This document shows positions 24,472 to 32,568 of a DNA stretch of 38,610 bases, one piece after another (position 1 is the stretch's first letter; every line of letters begins with the position of its first letter). The notes under the pieces are model-generated. The model did no database searches. It saw nothing but the letters and a program-made list of their open reading frames with translations, and had not been told where the DNA came from. The stretch comes from Gemmatimonadaceae bacterium (GTDB taxonomy: Bacteria > Gemmatimonadota > Gemmatimonadetes > Gemmatimonadales > Gemmatimonadaceae). The stretch spans positions 1 to 38,610 of the forward strand of contig JBDUCS010000001.1 in the NCBI GenBank assembly GCA_040003335.1, read 5' to 3'. The translations under genes were made by a program, and so were the position numbers.

Positions 24472-25410
24472 TCACCGCCGCCTCCCACTCACTAATTCCT
24501 TCATCACATTGGCCGACATGAACGCGATGTTCGCCGGACGCTCGGCGAGCCGCCGCATCAGGTACGGGTACCATTGCGTGCCGAACGGGACGTACACGCG
24601 CATGCGATAGCCGTCGCGCACCAGGCGGTCCTGCAGGTCACGCCGCACGCCATAGAGCATCTGGAACTCGTAGCGGTCGGGCGTGATCGCGCGCTCGGCA
24701 ACGAACCGGCGTGCTTCGGCGATGATCGCTTCGTCATGCGTCGCGAGGGCCGGATAGTTGCCGTCGCTCATCAGCGTTTGCATGCAGCGTACGTAGTTCG
24801 CGTCCACGTCCTTCTTGTCCGGATACGCGACCGTCGCGGGCTCCTTGTACGCCCCCTTGCACAAGCGCACGCGGCACTTGAGATGGATCGCGCGCTCGGC
24901 GTCGGCTTGCGTGCGATAGAGATAGCTCTGCAGCACGATGCCGACGTTCTCCGGATACGCCGGGTACAGCCGGTCCTCGAACATCCGCAGCGTGCGCTCG
25001 ACGTACTCGCTCGACTCCATGTCGAGCCGCACGAACGTGCGGTACTGCCGCGCGCGCTCGAGAATGTCGTGCATGATCTCGGCGCACAGATCCTCGCTGA
25101 TGTCGAGCCCCATCGCCGTCAGCTTCACCGAGACGTTCGCGTCGAGCTTCCGCTCGGCGATCCGGTCGAGCATGAAGAGATATTCGCGAGAGGCCGATCG
25201 TGCCTCGCCCTCATTGTGCACGCTCTCGCCGAGCAGGTCGAGCGAGGCGCTGATGCCGCGCTTGTTCAGGGCCTGCACGGCGGCGAGCGCCTCCTCCAGC
25301 GTTTCACCGGCGACGAATCGCGACGCAAACTTCTTCGCCATCGCGTTGTTGCGGATGAAATGGAAGATCTGCTGCTGGTTCGAGAGAAAGAGAAGCGTTT
25401 GACGCAGCAT
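24472..25410 (-). CDS. Proline dehydrogenase (monofunctional PRODH)
   Basis: 312 aa. FVAGETLEEALAAVQALNKRGISASLDLLGE, VSVKLTAMG, and the C-terminal QMLYGVRRDLQ..L...GY.MRVYVPFG..WYPY.MRRLAERPAN are canonical PutA-PRODH barrel motifs. Confidence 0.9.
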   Translation of the reverse strand: MLRQTLLFLSNQQQIFHFIRNNAMAKKFASRFVAGETLEEALAAVQALNKRGISASLDLLGESVHNEGEARSASREYLFMLDRIAERKLDANVSVKLTAMGLDISEDLCAEIMHDILERARQYRTFVRLDMESSEYVERTLRMFEDRLYPAYPENVGIVLQSYLYRTQADAERAIHLKCRVRLCKGAYKEPATVAYPDKKDVDANYVRCMQTLMSDGNYPALATHDEAIIAEARRFVAERAITPDRYEFQMLYGVRRDLQDRLVRDGYRMRVYVPFGTQWYPYLMRRLAERPANIAFMSANVMKELVSGRRR

Positions 25411-27066
25411 CTATCGGCTCGCCTGCGGAATGCGCCATACAGGAAACTCGCCGCCTTTCTTCACGTCTCCGTCGAAGAAATTCCAGGTAACCAGGCCATC
25501 ATCGCTCTCCGGCTCGAGCAGGTAGAACGCGACAAGCCCCAGCGGTTGCGCGGTGTCGACGATGAAGGATCCGGCCGGAATCGCGCGCCGCTCGGTGCGC
25601 CAGTTTCCGGTGAGCGACACCTCGCGATGTCCCTGAAATGCACGAGGCGATGACCGCACGGAGTCGATCGAAAAGATTTCCGCGTCTGTCGACATCGCGC
25701 TCGCCGGATGCATCTGCACGCCGTGGAGCCGCAATACCCGCAGCGCAGCCGTGTCGCTCGCAGGGATGACGTACGACGCCGGCACCTTTCTCCTGAGCGT
25801 CGTGGTGAAGACATCGTAGACCGGCATCACCACCGGCGTGATGCGCTTGGTGCGCCGAAAGCCGCGGCGCACGCCGGGCTCCGTTCGATGCGTCGTGTCG
25901 GTGACGCGCTCGAGCTGTTCGACGAGGACCGCTTCGCTGTGTGACGGCCCTGAAAGCGCGGCACGCAGCTCGACGCCGCTCTCCGCGAAGGTGAGCCGTT
26001 GCTCGAGCGCAACGAGCGCTTTTTGTTCAAGCGTCCTCCGAGCGATTTGTTCCGCTGAGAGCGACAGAATTTCGCGCACGAAATCGTACGTCGCCTTGAT
26101 CCGCGTCTCGAACGGATCGTGCGAGTACGCTTCACTCAAGATCGAGACCTTGCTCCGCAGCCCGACATAGTTCGTTCCGTAACGCGGCAGATGCTCGTAA
26201 CTGTGCCATCCCTTCGGCGCCGGGTCCTGCATCGAGGCGAACTCGCGATCGAAGTTGCCGTAGTCGAAGACCTCCGTCTTGTGCCGGTCGCGCATCCGCT
26301 GGCGTAGCGTCTTGAGCAACTCGCGTGTGTAGTCGCCGAGCGGCGCCGCGGGGCTGAGCGACGGTGAGTACGTCAGTGCGTAGCCGTGGTAGCTCCCGTC
26401 CGTCGTATGCAGGTCGACGAACACATCCGGATCCCACGCGGTCAGTGCGGCGAGCGACATGCGCGTCTCGGGCGCCTCGGCCTTGACGTAGTCGCGATTG
26501 AGATCGAGCCCCTGCCCGTTCGGACGCTGGCCCACGAGCTCCGGCCCGTTCTGCTCGGAGCGATTGCGCTCCTGCGGTGCGAATTTCTCGTTGCCATCGG
26601 CGTTGTAGATCGGCACGACGATCAGCACGATCGAGTCGAGAATGCCGGGGGACGGCTGCGCGCTCACGTCGCGCATCATCTCCAGCATCGCCTCCTTCCC
26701 TTCGACTTCGCCGGCGTGGATGTTCGCCTGCACGTACACGATCGGCCGGCCGAGCCGCCTGGCGAACTCCGGCGTCGTCGCCACCGGTCGTGATAGGACG
26801 ACGAACGGGATCGCGCGCCCCTCGGTCGACGTCGCGAACGACGTGTCCCAGAGCGGCGACTTCCGAACTTTGAGCGAGTCGATGAACGCCCGTACGTCCG
26901 TGTAACGCGACGTCTCGAGGTAGTTCGTGCGCTCGGGCCGGGTCTGCGGCAGCTTGCGGCCGGCGAGCTCCGTGCGCCGCTCGATCCCCTGCTGCATCGC
27001 GCATGCGCCGAGCGTCACGAGGAGCGCCGAGCCGGCGAACAACGTCATCTGGTGCCGCTGAACCAT
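25411..27066 (-). CDS. M14 family zinc carboxypeptidase, lipoprotein
   Basis: 551 aa with lipobox LVTLGAC. The Zn motif region VQANIHAGEVEGKEA matches the HxxE of M14. The TAG stop directly abuts the PRODH ATG. Confidence 0.82.
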   Translation of the reverse strand: MVQRHQMTLFAGSALLVTLGACAMQQGIERRTELAGRKLPQTRPERTNYLETSRYTDVRAFIDSLKVRKSPLWDTSFATSTEGRAIPFVVLSRPVATTPEFARRLGRPIVYVQANIHAGEVEGKEAMLEMMRDVSAQPSPGILDSIVLIVVPIYNADGNEKFAPQERNRSEQNGPELVGQRPNGQGLDLNRDYVKAEAPETRMSLAALTAWDPDVFVDLHTTDGSYHGYALTYSPSLSPAAPLGDYTRELLKTLRQRMRDRHKTEVFDYGNFDREFASMQDPAPKGWHSYEHLPRYGTNYVGLRSKVSILSEAYSHDPFETRIKATYDFVREILSLSAEQIARRTLEQKALVALEQRLTFAESGVELRAALSGPSHSEAVLVEQLERVTDTTHRTEPGVRRGFRRTKRITPVVMPVYDVFTTTLRRKVPASYVIPASDTAALRVLRLHGVQMHPASAMSTDAEIFSIDSVRSSPRAFQGHREVSLTGNWRTERRAIPAGSFIVDTAQPLGLVAFYLLEPESDDGLVTWNFFDGDVKKGGEFPVWRIPQASR

Positions 27067-27169
27067 TATCGAGTGACCGATCGAGAGACCGCGAATTGTA
27101 TTCCGGCTCAGCGCTCTAGACCAGTCGTCGGCACCAGGCGCCGCGCGTCAGGCGGCAACCGATCGCCGA

Positions 27170-28300
27170 TCAGCGAACGACGATCACGCCTACCGTTCCG
27201 TCGAAGCCGTCCGCAAACGCGGGGACGCCGGGCGGCGCCATCCACTTGCCGCCGTCGATGCGGATGGAGACGTGGTACGTGCCGGGCGTGATCGGCATCA
27301 GGAGCGACCAGTGGCTCCCGTCGGCCCGGGCGAGGGGCACGGGCTTCCAATCGGTGAAATCGCCCATCAGCTCCACGCGCGCGGCGCGCGGTGCATCGAC
27401 GCTGAAGTTCGAGTCGCCGTGATCGCCGGCGCCGAGCACGAAGGGACGCTGCTCGCGCGAGTGCTCGCGCGGCAGCACGCGACGCCGCTGCGCGCGAAGC
27501 CCGAGCCGCACGCCGAACGAGATCGTCGTTCCCGAGAGAAGGCCGCGCGTCGGATCCTCGGGCGCGCGCGCGAGCACTCCGACGAGCGCGGCGTGCGGCG
27601 CGAGCCACCACGCGCTGGCGAGCGAGCCCCAGCCGTTGAGCGCGCTCTGCGTCGTCGCGGTCCGCGCGCCGCCGGCCAGATCGACATCCACGCGCGGCCC
27701 CGACCACTGCAGCGCGCCGCCGACATCCGTGAAGGCATCGCGCGGCACGGGGAACTCGCCGCCGCGCAGCTCGAAGCGCGTGTGCGTCATGGAGAGGGTG
27801 ATCGTCGCCGAGCCCGCGCGGCGCCAGGCGCCGAGCCCACCGAGCACGATCTCACCCGCCGCGTCGTCGCGTCGCGCGTGGCCAAGGCCGCCTTCGAGCC
27901 ATAGACCGCCCTCTTCCTGATAGATATGCGCCCTCGCCACGCCGAGCTGCTGGCCCACCCGGAAGTGGTCCGCCGAATATCCGTCGGCGCCGCCGGCCAT
28001 CTCCCCGGCGACGCGCGCCGAGCGGATGGAGAGCGCCGGCGTGAATGCCGAACCGCCGACAAACCACTGCACGCTCGACGCGCCCTGCGCGAGCGATGCG
28101 ACCGATCCGCCCGCGTCGACCGTCGCGAAGTTGCGCTGATACCGGACCGACGGCGCGAGCACCGCGCCGCCAACCGCCGCGCCGCCCGCGTACTGCGTTC
28201 CGATCACGCCGGCCTCGACCGAGGGTGATACCTGCGCCGCCGACGGCGCGGCGAGCGCCGCGGCGGCGAACGCGATCGGAGCGGCGCGGCGGGATCGCAT
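27170..28300 (-). CDS. Secreted envelope protein: Gly/Ala-rich beta-like N-region plus C-terminal CBM48/AMPK-beta glycogen-binding-like domain
   Basis: 376 aa with signal peptide IAFAAAALAAPSAAQ. The C-terminus RVELMGDFTDWKPVPLARADGSHWSLLMPITPGTYHVSIRIDGGKWMAPP matches the GDF..W ... PG.Y.....DG.W pattern. The ATG abuts the upstream TAA. Confidence 0.75.
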   Translation of the reverse strand: MRSRRAAPIAFAAAALAAPSAAQVSPSVEAGVIGTQYAGGAAVGGAVLAPSVRYQRNFATVDAGGSVASLAQGASSVQWFVGGSAFTPALSIRSARVAGEMAGGADGYSADHFRVGQQLGVARAHIYQEEGGLWLEGGLGHARRDDAAGEIVLGGLGAWRRAGSATITLSMTHTRFELRGGEFPVPRDAFTDVGGALQWSGPRVDVDLAGGARTATTQSALNGWGSLASAWWLAPHAALVGVLARAPEDPTRGLLSGTTISFGVRLGLRAQRRRVLPREHSREQRPFVLGAGDHGDSNFSVDAPRAARVELMGDFTDWKPVPLARADGSHWSLLMPITPGTYHVSIRIDGGKWMAPPGVPAFADGFDGTVGVIVVR

Positions 28301-28954
28301 TTACGGCGACCGCGGCCTGCCGCTCGAGGTGAGTCCGGTCGTCGCCGGCCCATCGGCGGCCGCGCCGCCGACGACGCCCTGCGTGCGAACGGCGGCCGCG
28401 ACGACGAGCGGCGCGCCCGCGACGATGTCGCGCGCGACGTCGCGGCGCAGCGCGTCGAACGCATCGTCACCGGCGCGCGAGTTCGCGACGCGCAGAATGA
28501 GCTTCGACGCTGTATCCGCCGGCACGCCGCGCGCCACGATGTCGGCGAGCACGACGAGCGCGACGGCCAGCGCCTCACGCGGACGCGCCGCGCGCATCTT
28601 CGCGAGCGTCACCGGCTGCACGCCGGCCTGCAACGCGGCCGCGCCGGCGACGAGATCGGCCTGCGCCGCGGCCGGCCCGAGCGCGGTGCGCGCCGCGTCG
28701 AGCCGCGCGGCGAGCGCGCGCACGGCGACGACGATGCGGGCCCCGTCCGCACCCTTGCTCGCGCCCTCGAGCGCCTTGGCCGTCAGCGGCTCGGCCGGCA
28801 GTCCTTTGTCGCGCGCCGAATCGACGAGTGCGGCGACGGCTGCGCGCGTCGCCGGGTCGAGCCGCGCATCGAGCTGCTGCTGCGCCGCGCCGGCGCGCAC
28901 GCCGAGCGCGACGAGGGCGACGAGCGCGAGCGCCGGAATTCGCGCGCGCTTCAC
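28301..28954 (-). CDS. Secreted Ala-rich hypothetical protein (217 aa)
   Basis: Signal peptide IPALALVALVALGVRAGAAQ. The GTG start overlaps the anti-sigma TGA (GTGA). No recognisable family. Confidence 0.6.
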   Translation of the reverse strand: MKRARIPALALVALVALGVRAGAAQQQLDARLDPATRAAVAALVDSARDKGLPAEPLTAKALEGASKGADGARIVVAVRALAARLDAARTALGPAAAQADLVAGAAALQAGVQPVTLAKMRAARPREALAVALVVLADIVARGVPADTASKLILRVANSRAGDDAFDALRRDVARDIVAGAPLVVAAAVRTQGVVGGAAADGPATTGLTSSGRPRSP

Positions 28955-29517
28955 GAACCGCCCTTCCCGATCAGCACCACGGAGTTGCTCGACCCGAACT
29001 CGTCAGCCGGCGCGCTGGCCGCCGTCGGATCGGACACCCAGGTCCGGCCGTCGATGATGAATGCGTACTCGTGCCGACCCGGCGGGATCGCGACCTCCAC
29101 CGACCAGACGCCGGCGGCGGCGGGCTTGAGCGGCGTCGTGTCGCGGTTCCAGGCATTGAAGTCGCCGACCAGCGCGACCGACGTCGCGCGCCGCGCCACG
29201 TAGACGAACTGCACGCGCTGCGCGCCGGCGCTGGCGGCCGGCACCGCCGCGGGCGCGCGCGTCGGCGCGGTGCGCAGCTCGCGTCCGGCGATCACGGCAA
29301 TGACGATGGCGGCCGCGGCCAGCGCACCGATCGGCTGCACGCGAACGAGCCTCGGCCGGACGAGCCATCTGACCAAACCGCCTTGACGCCGCGGCGACTC
29401 GGCGGCCCGGACGGCGGACATCACGCGCGCGCGCGCCGCGGGCATGGGAGCGGGCGGCTCGCGCAACGCCGCGGCGACCTGCGCGATCAGCGCATCGTCG
29501 TATCGCTCGTCAGGCAC
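28951..29517 (-). CDS. Anti-sigma factor with periplasmic CBM48/AMPK-beta-like domain
   Basis: Start chosen at GTG 29517, which has GGGAGG 6 nt upstream. The ORF track start at 29541 is the alternative. One TM segment, IGALAAAAIVIAVIAG. C-terminal domain: SVALVGDFNAWNRDTTPLKPAAAGVWSVEVAIPPGRHEYAFIIDGRTWVSDP. Confidence 0.75.
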   Translation of the reverse strand: MPDERYDDALIAQVAAALREPPAPMPAARARVMSAVRAAESPRRQGGLVRWLVRPRLVRVQPIGALAAAAIVIAVIAGRELRTAPTRAPAAVPAASAGAQRVQFVYVARRATSVALVGDFNAWNRDTTPLKPAAAGVWSVEVAIPPGRHEYAFIIDGRTWVSDPTAASAPADEFGSSNSVVLIGKGGS

Positions 29518-30049
29518 TCGGCACCTCCCGCAACAGGTCACGCAGCCGCGCGCAGGCGCGCTGCACGCGCATCTTGAGCGCCGAGACTCCGACGCCGGTC
29601 ATCACGCTCATCTCTTCGTAGCTCAAGTCTTCCACGTGCTTGAGGAGAAACGCCTCTCGTTGCTCGGGAGCCAGCAGCACCAGCGCGCGCGCGAGCTCCT
29701 CGCGAAATCCATCCCACACCACAGCCGGCGCGGCCGCCGTCGCCATCATCTCCTCGCCAGCTACGATCACTCGCTCACGCACGCGGCGTCGCGCCGCCGT
29801 CGTGCGGCAGCGGTTGACGAGAATTCGAAAGAGCCAGGCGCCGAACCGCTCGCGGTTTTCGTAGCGCCCGAGCGATCGATAGGCGCGCACGAAGGCATCC
29901 TGCAGCGCCTCCTCCGCATCCTCCCGGTTGCCGAGCATGTTCACCGCGAAGCGCGCATACCGATCGTAGTAGCGCGCGACCAACAACGCATACGCCTCCG
30001 TATCCCCGCCGAGCACGCGCTGGATGAGAGCCGTGTCCGGAACTTCCAT
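29510..30049 (-). CDS. ECF (group IV) RNA polymerase sigma-70 factor
   Basis: 179 aa. Region 2: LLVARYYDRYARFAVNMLGNREDAEEALQDAFVRAY. Region 4: APEQREAFLLKHVEDLSYEEMSVMTGVGVSALKMRVQRACARLR. Confidence 0.9.
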   Translation of the reverse strand: MEVPDTALIQRVLGGDTEAYALLVARYYDRYARFAVNMLGNREDAEEALQDAFVRAYRSLGRYENRERFGAWLFRILVNRCRTTAARRRVRERVIVAGEEMMATAAAPAVVWDGFREELARALVLLAPEQREAFLLKHVEDLSYEEMSVMTGVGVSALKMRVQRACARLRDLLREVPSA

Positions 30050-30125
30050 ATAGAGCTAACTCTCGTTGCGGGTACTGGGTCACGCCAGCTCTCGACACTG
30101 GCTTTCCGTTCGCACTTCAGTACCG

Positions 30126-30153
30126 GGAACCGGGGTGTACCGTTGGCCGTTCC
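30126..30153. promoter_or_regulatory. Palindromic GGAAC-N18-GTTCC element between the divergent ECF sigma and Ser/Thr kinase genes
   Basis: ggaac at 30126..30130 and gttcc at 30149..30153. This reads GGAAC-N18-GTT on both strands, which matches the classic ECF -35/-10 pattern. Confidence 0.4.
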
Positions 30154-30188
30154 GTGCCCTGTGAACAGCGTTAACGTATCTTAAAGCC

Positions 30189-32513
30189 ATGGATCTCCGG
30201 GAGCGCCTCCAGTCCGCGTTCGGCTCGCAGTACACCCTCGACCGCGAGATCGGGCGTGGGGGGACGGCGATCGTCTTCCTGGCCGAGGACGCCAAGCATC
30301 AGCGCCCGGTCGCGCTCAAGGTGCTCGTCCCCGAGCTCGCGAGTGCCGTCGGCTCGGACCGCTTTCTCCGCGAGATCAAGCTCGCGGCCCAGCTCACGCA
30401 TCCGCACATCTTGCCGCTCCACGATTCGGGAATCGCGAACGGCATCCTCTACTACGTCATGCCGTTCATCAACGGCGAGTCGCTGCGCGAGCGGCTCGAG
30501 CGCGAGCGGGAGTTGCCGGTCGACGACGCGATCCGCCTCGCGTGCGAGATCGCCGGCGCGCTCGATTACGCGCACAAGAAGGGCGTCGTGCATCGCGACA
30601 TCAAGCCGGAGAACATCCTCCTCGCCGGCGACCACGCGATGGTGCTGGACTTCGGCATCGGCAAGATGATCAGCGCCGCCGCCGAGACGACCTCGATCAC
30701 CGCCAGCGGCGTCACGATCGGCACGCCGGCGTACATGTCGCCCGAGCAGGCGGCCGGCGAGACGTTCCTCGACGGACGCAGCGACATCTACAGCCTGGCG
30801 ATCATGCTCTACGAGATGCTTGCCGGCGCGCCGCCGTTCACGGGCGCCACGGCGCAGGCGACGATCGCCGCGCGCTTTGTTCAGGCGGTGCGCCCGATCC
30901 ATCCCATCCGTCCAGAGGTGCTCGAGTCGACCGACCAGGCGATTGCGATTGCGCTCGCCACCGCGCCCGTCGACCGCTACTCGACCGCCGCCGAGTTCTC
31001 GCGCGCGCTGCGCCAGCGGCCGCCCGGCGGGCAGACGCCGACGTACTCGACGGCGATCGGCTCGGAACCGCGGCCGTCGGGGTCGTCCTCTGTCACGCCG
31101 GAGCCGCGACGCGCGCCGGCGCTGCGGTCCATCGCCGTGCTCCCGTTCACGAACATCAGCCCCGACACCGACACCGAGTATCTCTCCGATGGCATCACCG
31201 AGGAGCTGATCAACGCGCTCACGCGCCTGCGCGGCATCCACGTTGCCGCGCGCACCTCGGCGTTTGCCTTCAAAGGGAAAAACCTCGATCTGCGCACCGT
31301 CGGCGAGAAGCTCAACGTCCGCATGGTGCTGGAGGGGAGCGTGCGCCGCGCCGGCAACCGGCTGCGCGTCAACTGCCAGCTGACGAACGTCGCCGACAAC
31401 TACAACGTCTGGTCGGATCGCTACGACCGGCAGATCGAGGACGTGTTTGCGATCGAGGACGAGATCTCGCGCGCGATCGTCGACCACCTCAGTATCACGG
31501 TACTCGGCGAGCCGGAGACGTCGGGCCCGCGCCGCGCGGAGAATTTCGAGGCGTACGATCTCTACCTGAAGGGTCGGCACTACTTCAACAACGGCAGCAT
31601 CCGGCACGCCCTCGACTCGTTCGAGCGCGCGGCGCGCCGCGATCCGAAGCTCGCCAAGTCGTACGCCGGCATCGCCGACTGCTACTTCGCGCTTGCCAAC
31701 CTGTCGTACCTCTCGCCGCGCGAAGGGTACGAGCGCGCCCGGTCGGCCGCGCAGCGCGCGCTCGAGCTCGACGATTCGCTGGCCGATGCGCACGCGGCGA
31801 TGGCGATCATCAAGTGCTACTACGATTGGGATTGGCCCGAGGCGCAGCGAGAGTTCGAGCGTGCGCTCGCGCTCAATCCGGGTCTCGCCAACGCGCGCTA
31901 CTTCTACTCGCTCGCGCTGAGCTCGCACGGCCGGCCCGCCGAAGCGCTCGAGCAGGGCGAGCGCGCGATCGAGCTGGATCCGGTGAATACGCACATCTAT
32001 ACGGGCGTCGCGCGAGCGCATCTCGTGACGCACCGCTACGCCGAAGCGCTGGACGTGCTCTCGCGCTCGCTCGAGCGCGGGCAGGACGTGAGCGCGACGC
32101 ACGCCTGGATGGCGGTGGCGCACCTCGAGCTCGGCAGCCACGACGCGGCGATGACGGAAGCGAAGCGCTCGCTCTCGCTCGCCGAGATCCCGATCTACGT
32201 CGCGCTTCTTGGCTACGTCAGCGCGCGCGCCGGTCGCCGCGAGGAAGCGATGCAGGTGCTCGCATCGCTCTCGGCGCGCTCAAACGACGTGGCCGTCTTC
32301 CAGGCGTGGGTCTACGTCGGCCTGGGCGACAACTCGCTCGCCCTCGACTGGCTCGAGCGTGCGTACGAAGAGCGCTCCGACTGGCTCGTCATCATCGCCG
32401 CCCTCCCCGTCTGCGACCCGCTGCGACGGGAACCGCGCTTCACGTCTTTGGTCGCAAAGCTGGGCATCGAGCTGAGCGCGAACATTACGATCACGTCCGA
32501 ACATAGAACGTAG
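30189..32513 (+). CDS. Ser/Thr protein kinase with TolB-N-like periplasmic module and TPR repeats
   Basis: Hanks kinase motifs: GRGGTAIVF, VALK, HRDIKPENILL, DFG, GTPAYMSPEQ. The block SIAVLPFTNISPDTDTEYLSDGITEELINALTRL follows, and then TPR-like repeats run to the C-terminus. Confidence 0.9.
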   Translation: MDLRERLQSAFGSQYTLDREIGRGGTAIVFLAEDAKHQRPVALKVLVPELASAVGSDRFLREIKLAAQLTHPHILPLHDSGIANGILYYVMPFINGESLRERLERERELPVDDAIRLACEIAGALDYAHKKGVVHRDIKPENILLAGDHAMVLDFGIGKMISAAAETTSITASGVTIGTPAYMSPEQAAGETFLDGRSDIYSLAIMLYEMLAGAPPFTGATAQATIAARFVQAVRPIHPIRPEVLESTDQAIAIALATAPVDRYSTAAEFSRALRQRPPGGQTPTYSTAIGSEPRPSGSSSVTPEPRRAPALRSIAVLPFTNISPDTDTEYLSDGITEELINALTRLRGIHVAARTSAFAFKGKNLDLRTVGEKLNVRMVLEGSVRRAGNRLRVNCQLTNVADNYNVWSDRYDRQIEDVFAIEDEISRAIVDHLSITVLGEPETSGPRRAENFEAYDLYLKGRHYFNNGSIRHALDSFERAARRDPKLAKSYAGIADCYFALANLSYLSPREGYERARSAAQRALELDDSLADAHAAMAIIKCYYDWDWPEAQREFERALALNPGLANARYFYSLALSSHGRPAEALEQGERAIELDPVNTHIYTGVARAHLVTHRYAEALDVLSRSLERGQDVSATHAWMAVAHLELGSHDAAMTEAKRSLSLAEIPIYVALLGYVSARAGRREEAMQVLASLSARSNDVAVFQAWVYVGLGDNSLALDWLERAYEERSDWLVIIAALPVCDPLRREPRFTSLVAKLGIELSANITITSEHRT

Positions 32514-32524
32514 GTGCCGGGCCC

Positions 32525-32551
32525 GGTGCCGGATTACGGGCATCCGGCACC
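32525..32551. terminator. Hairpin between the convergent kinase and fadJ genes
   Basis: Perfect 9-bp stem ggtgccgga / tccggcacc with a 9-nt loop. No strong U-tract. An adjacent ccgggcccgg palindrome is present. Confidence 0.45.
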
Positions 32552-32568
32552 GCGCGATCCGCGTTCTC

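Noticed and set aside
24431-24475. Possible terminator or heptad element after the proline dehydrogenase gene (acgctgaacagcgt palindrome; gccgatcaccgcc)
   Set aside because: The palindrome leaves only a 2-nt loop. There is no U-tract. The gatcacc word occurs once, without phased neighbours, and overlaps the stop codon.
30171-32141. 656-aa minus-strand ORF, together with the 654-aa alternative plus frame (30542..32506), over the kinase gene
   Set aside because: Only the 30189..32513 frame carries the Hanks kinase motifs and TPR repeats. The others are Arg-rich shadow frames.
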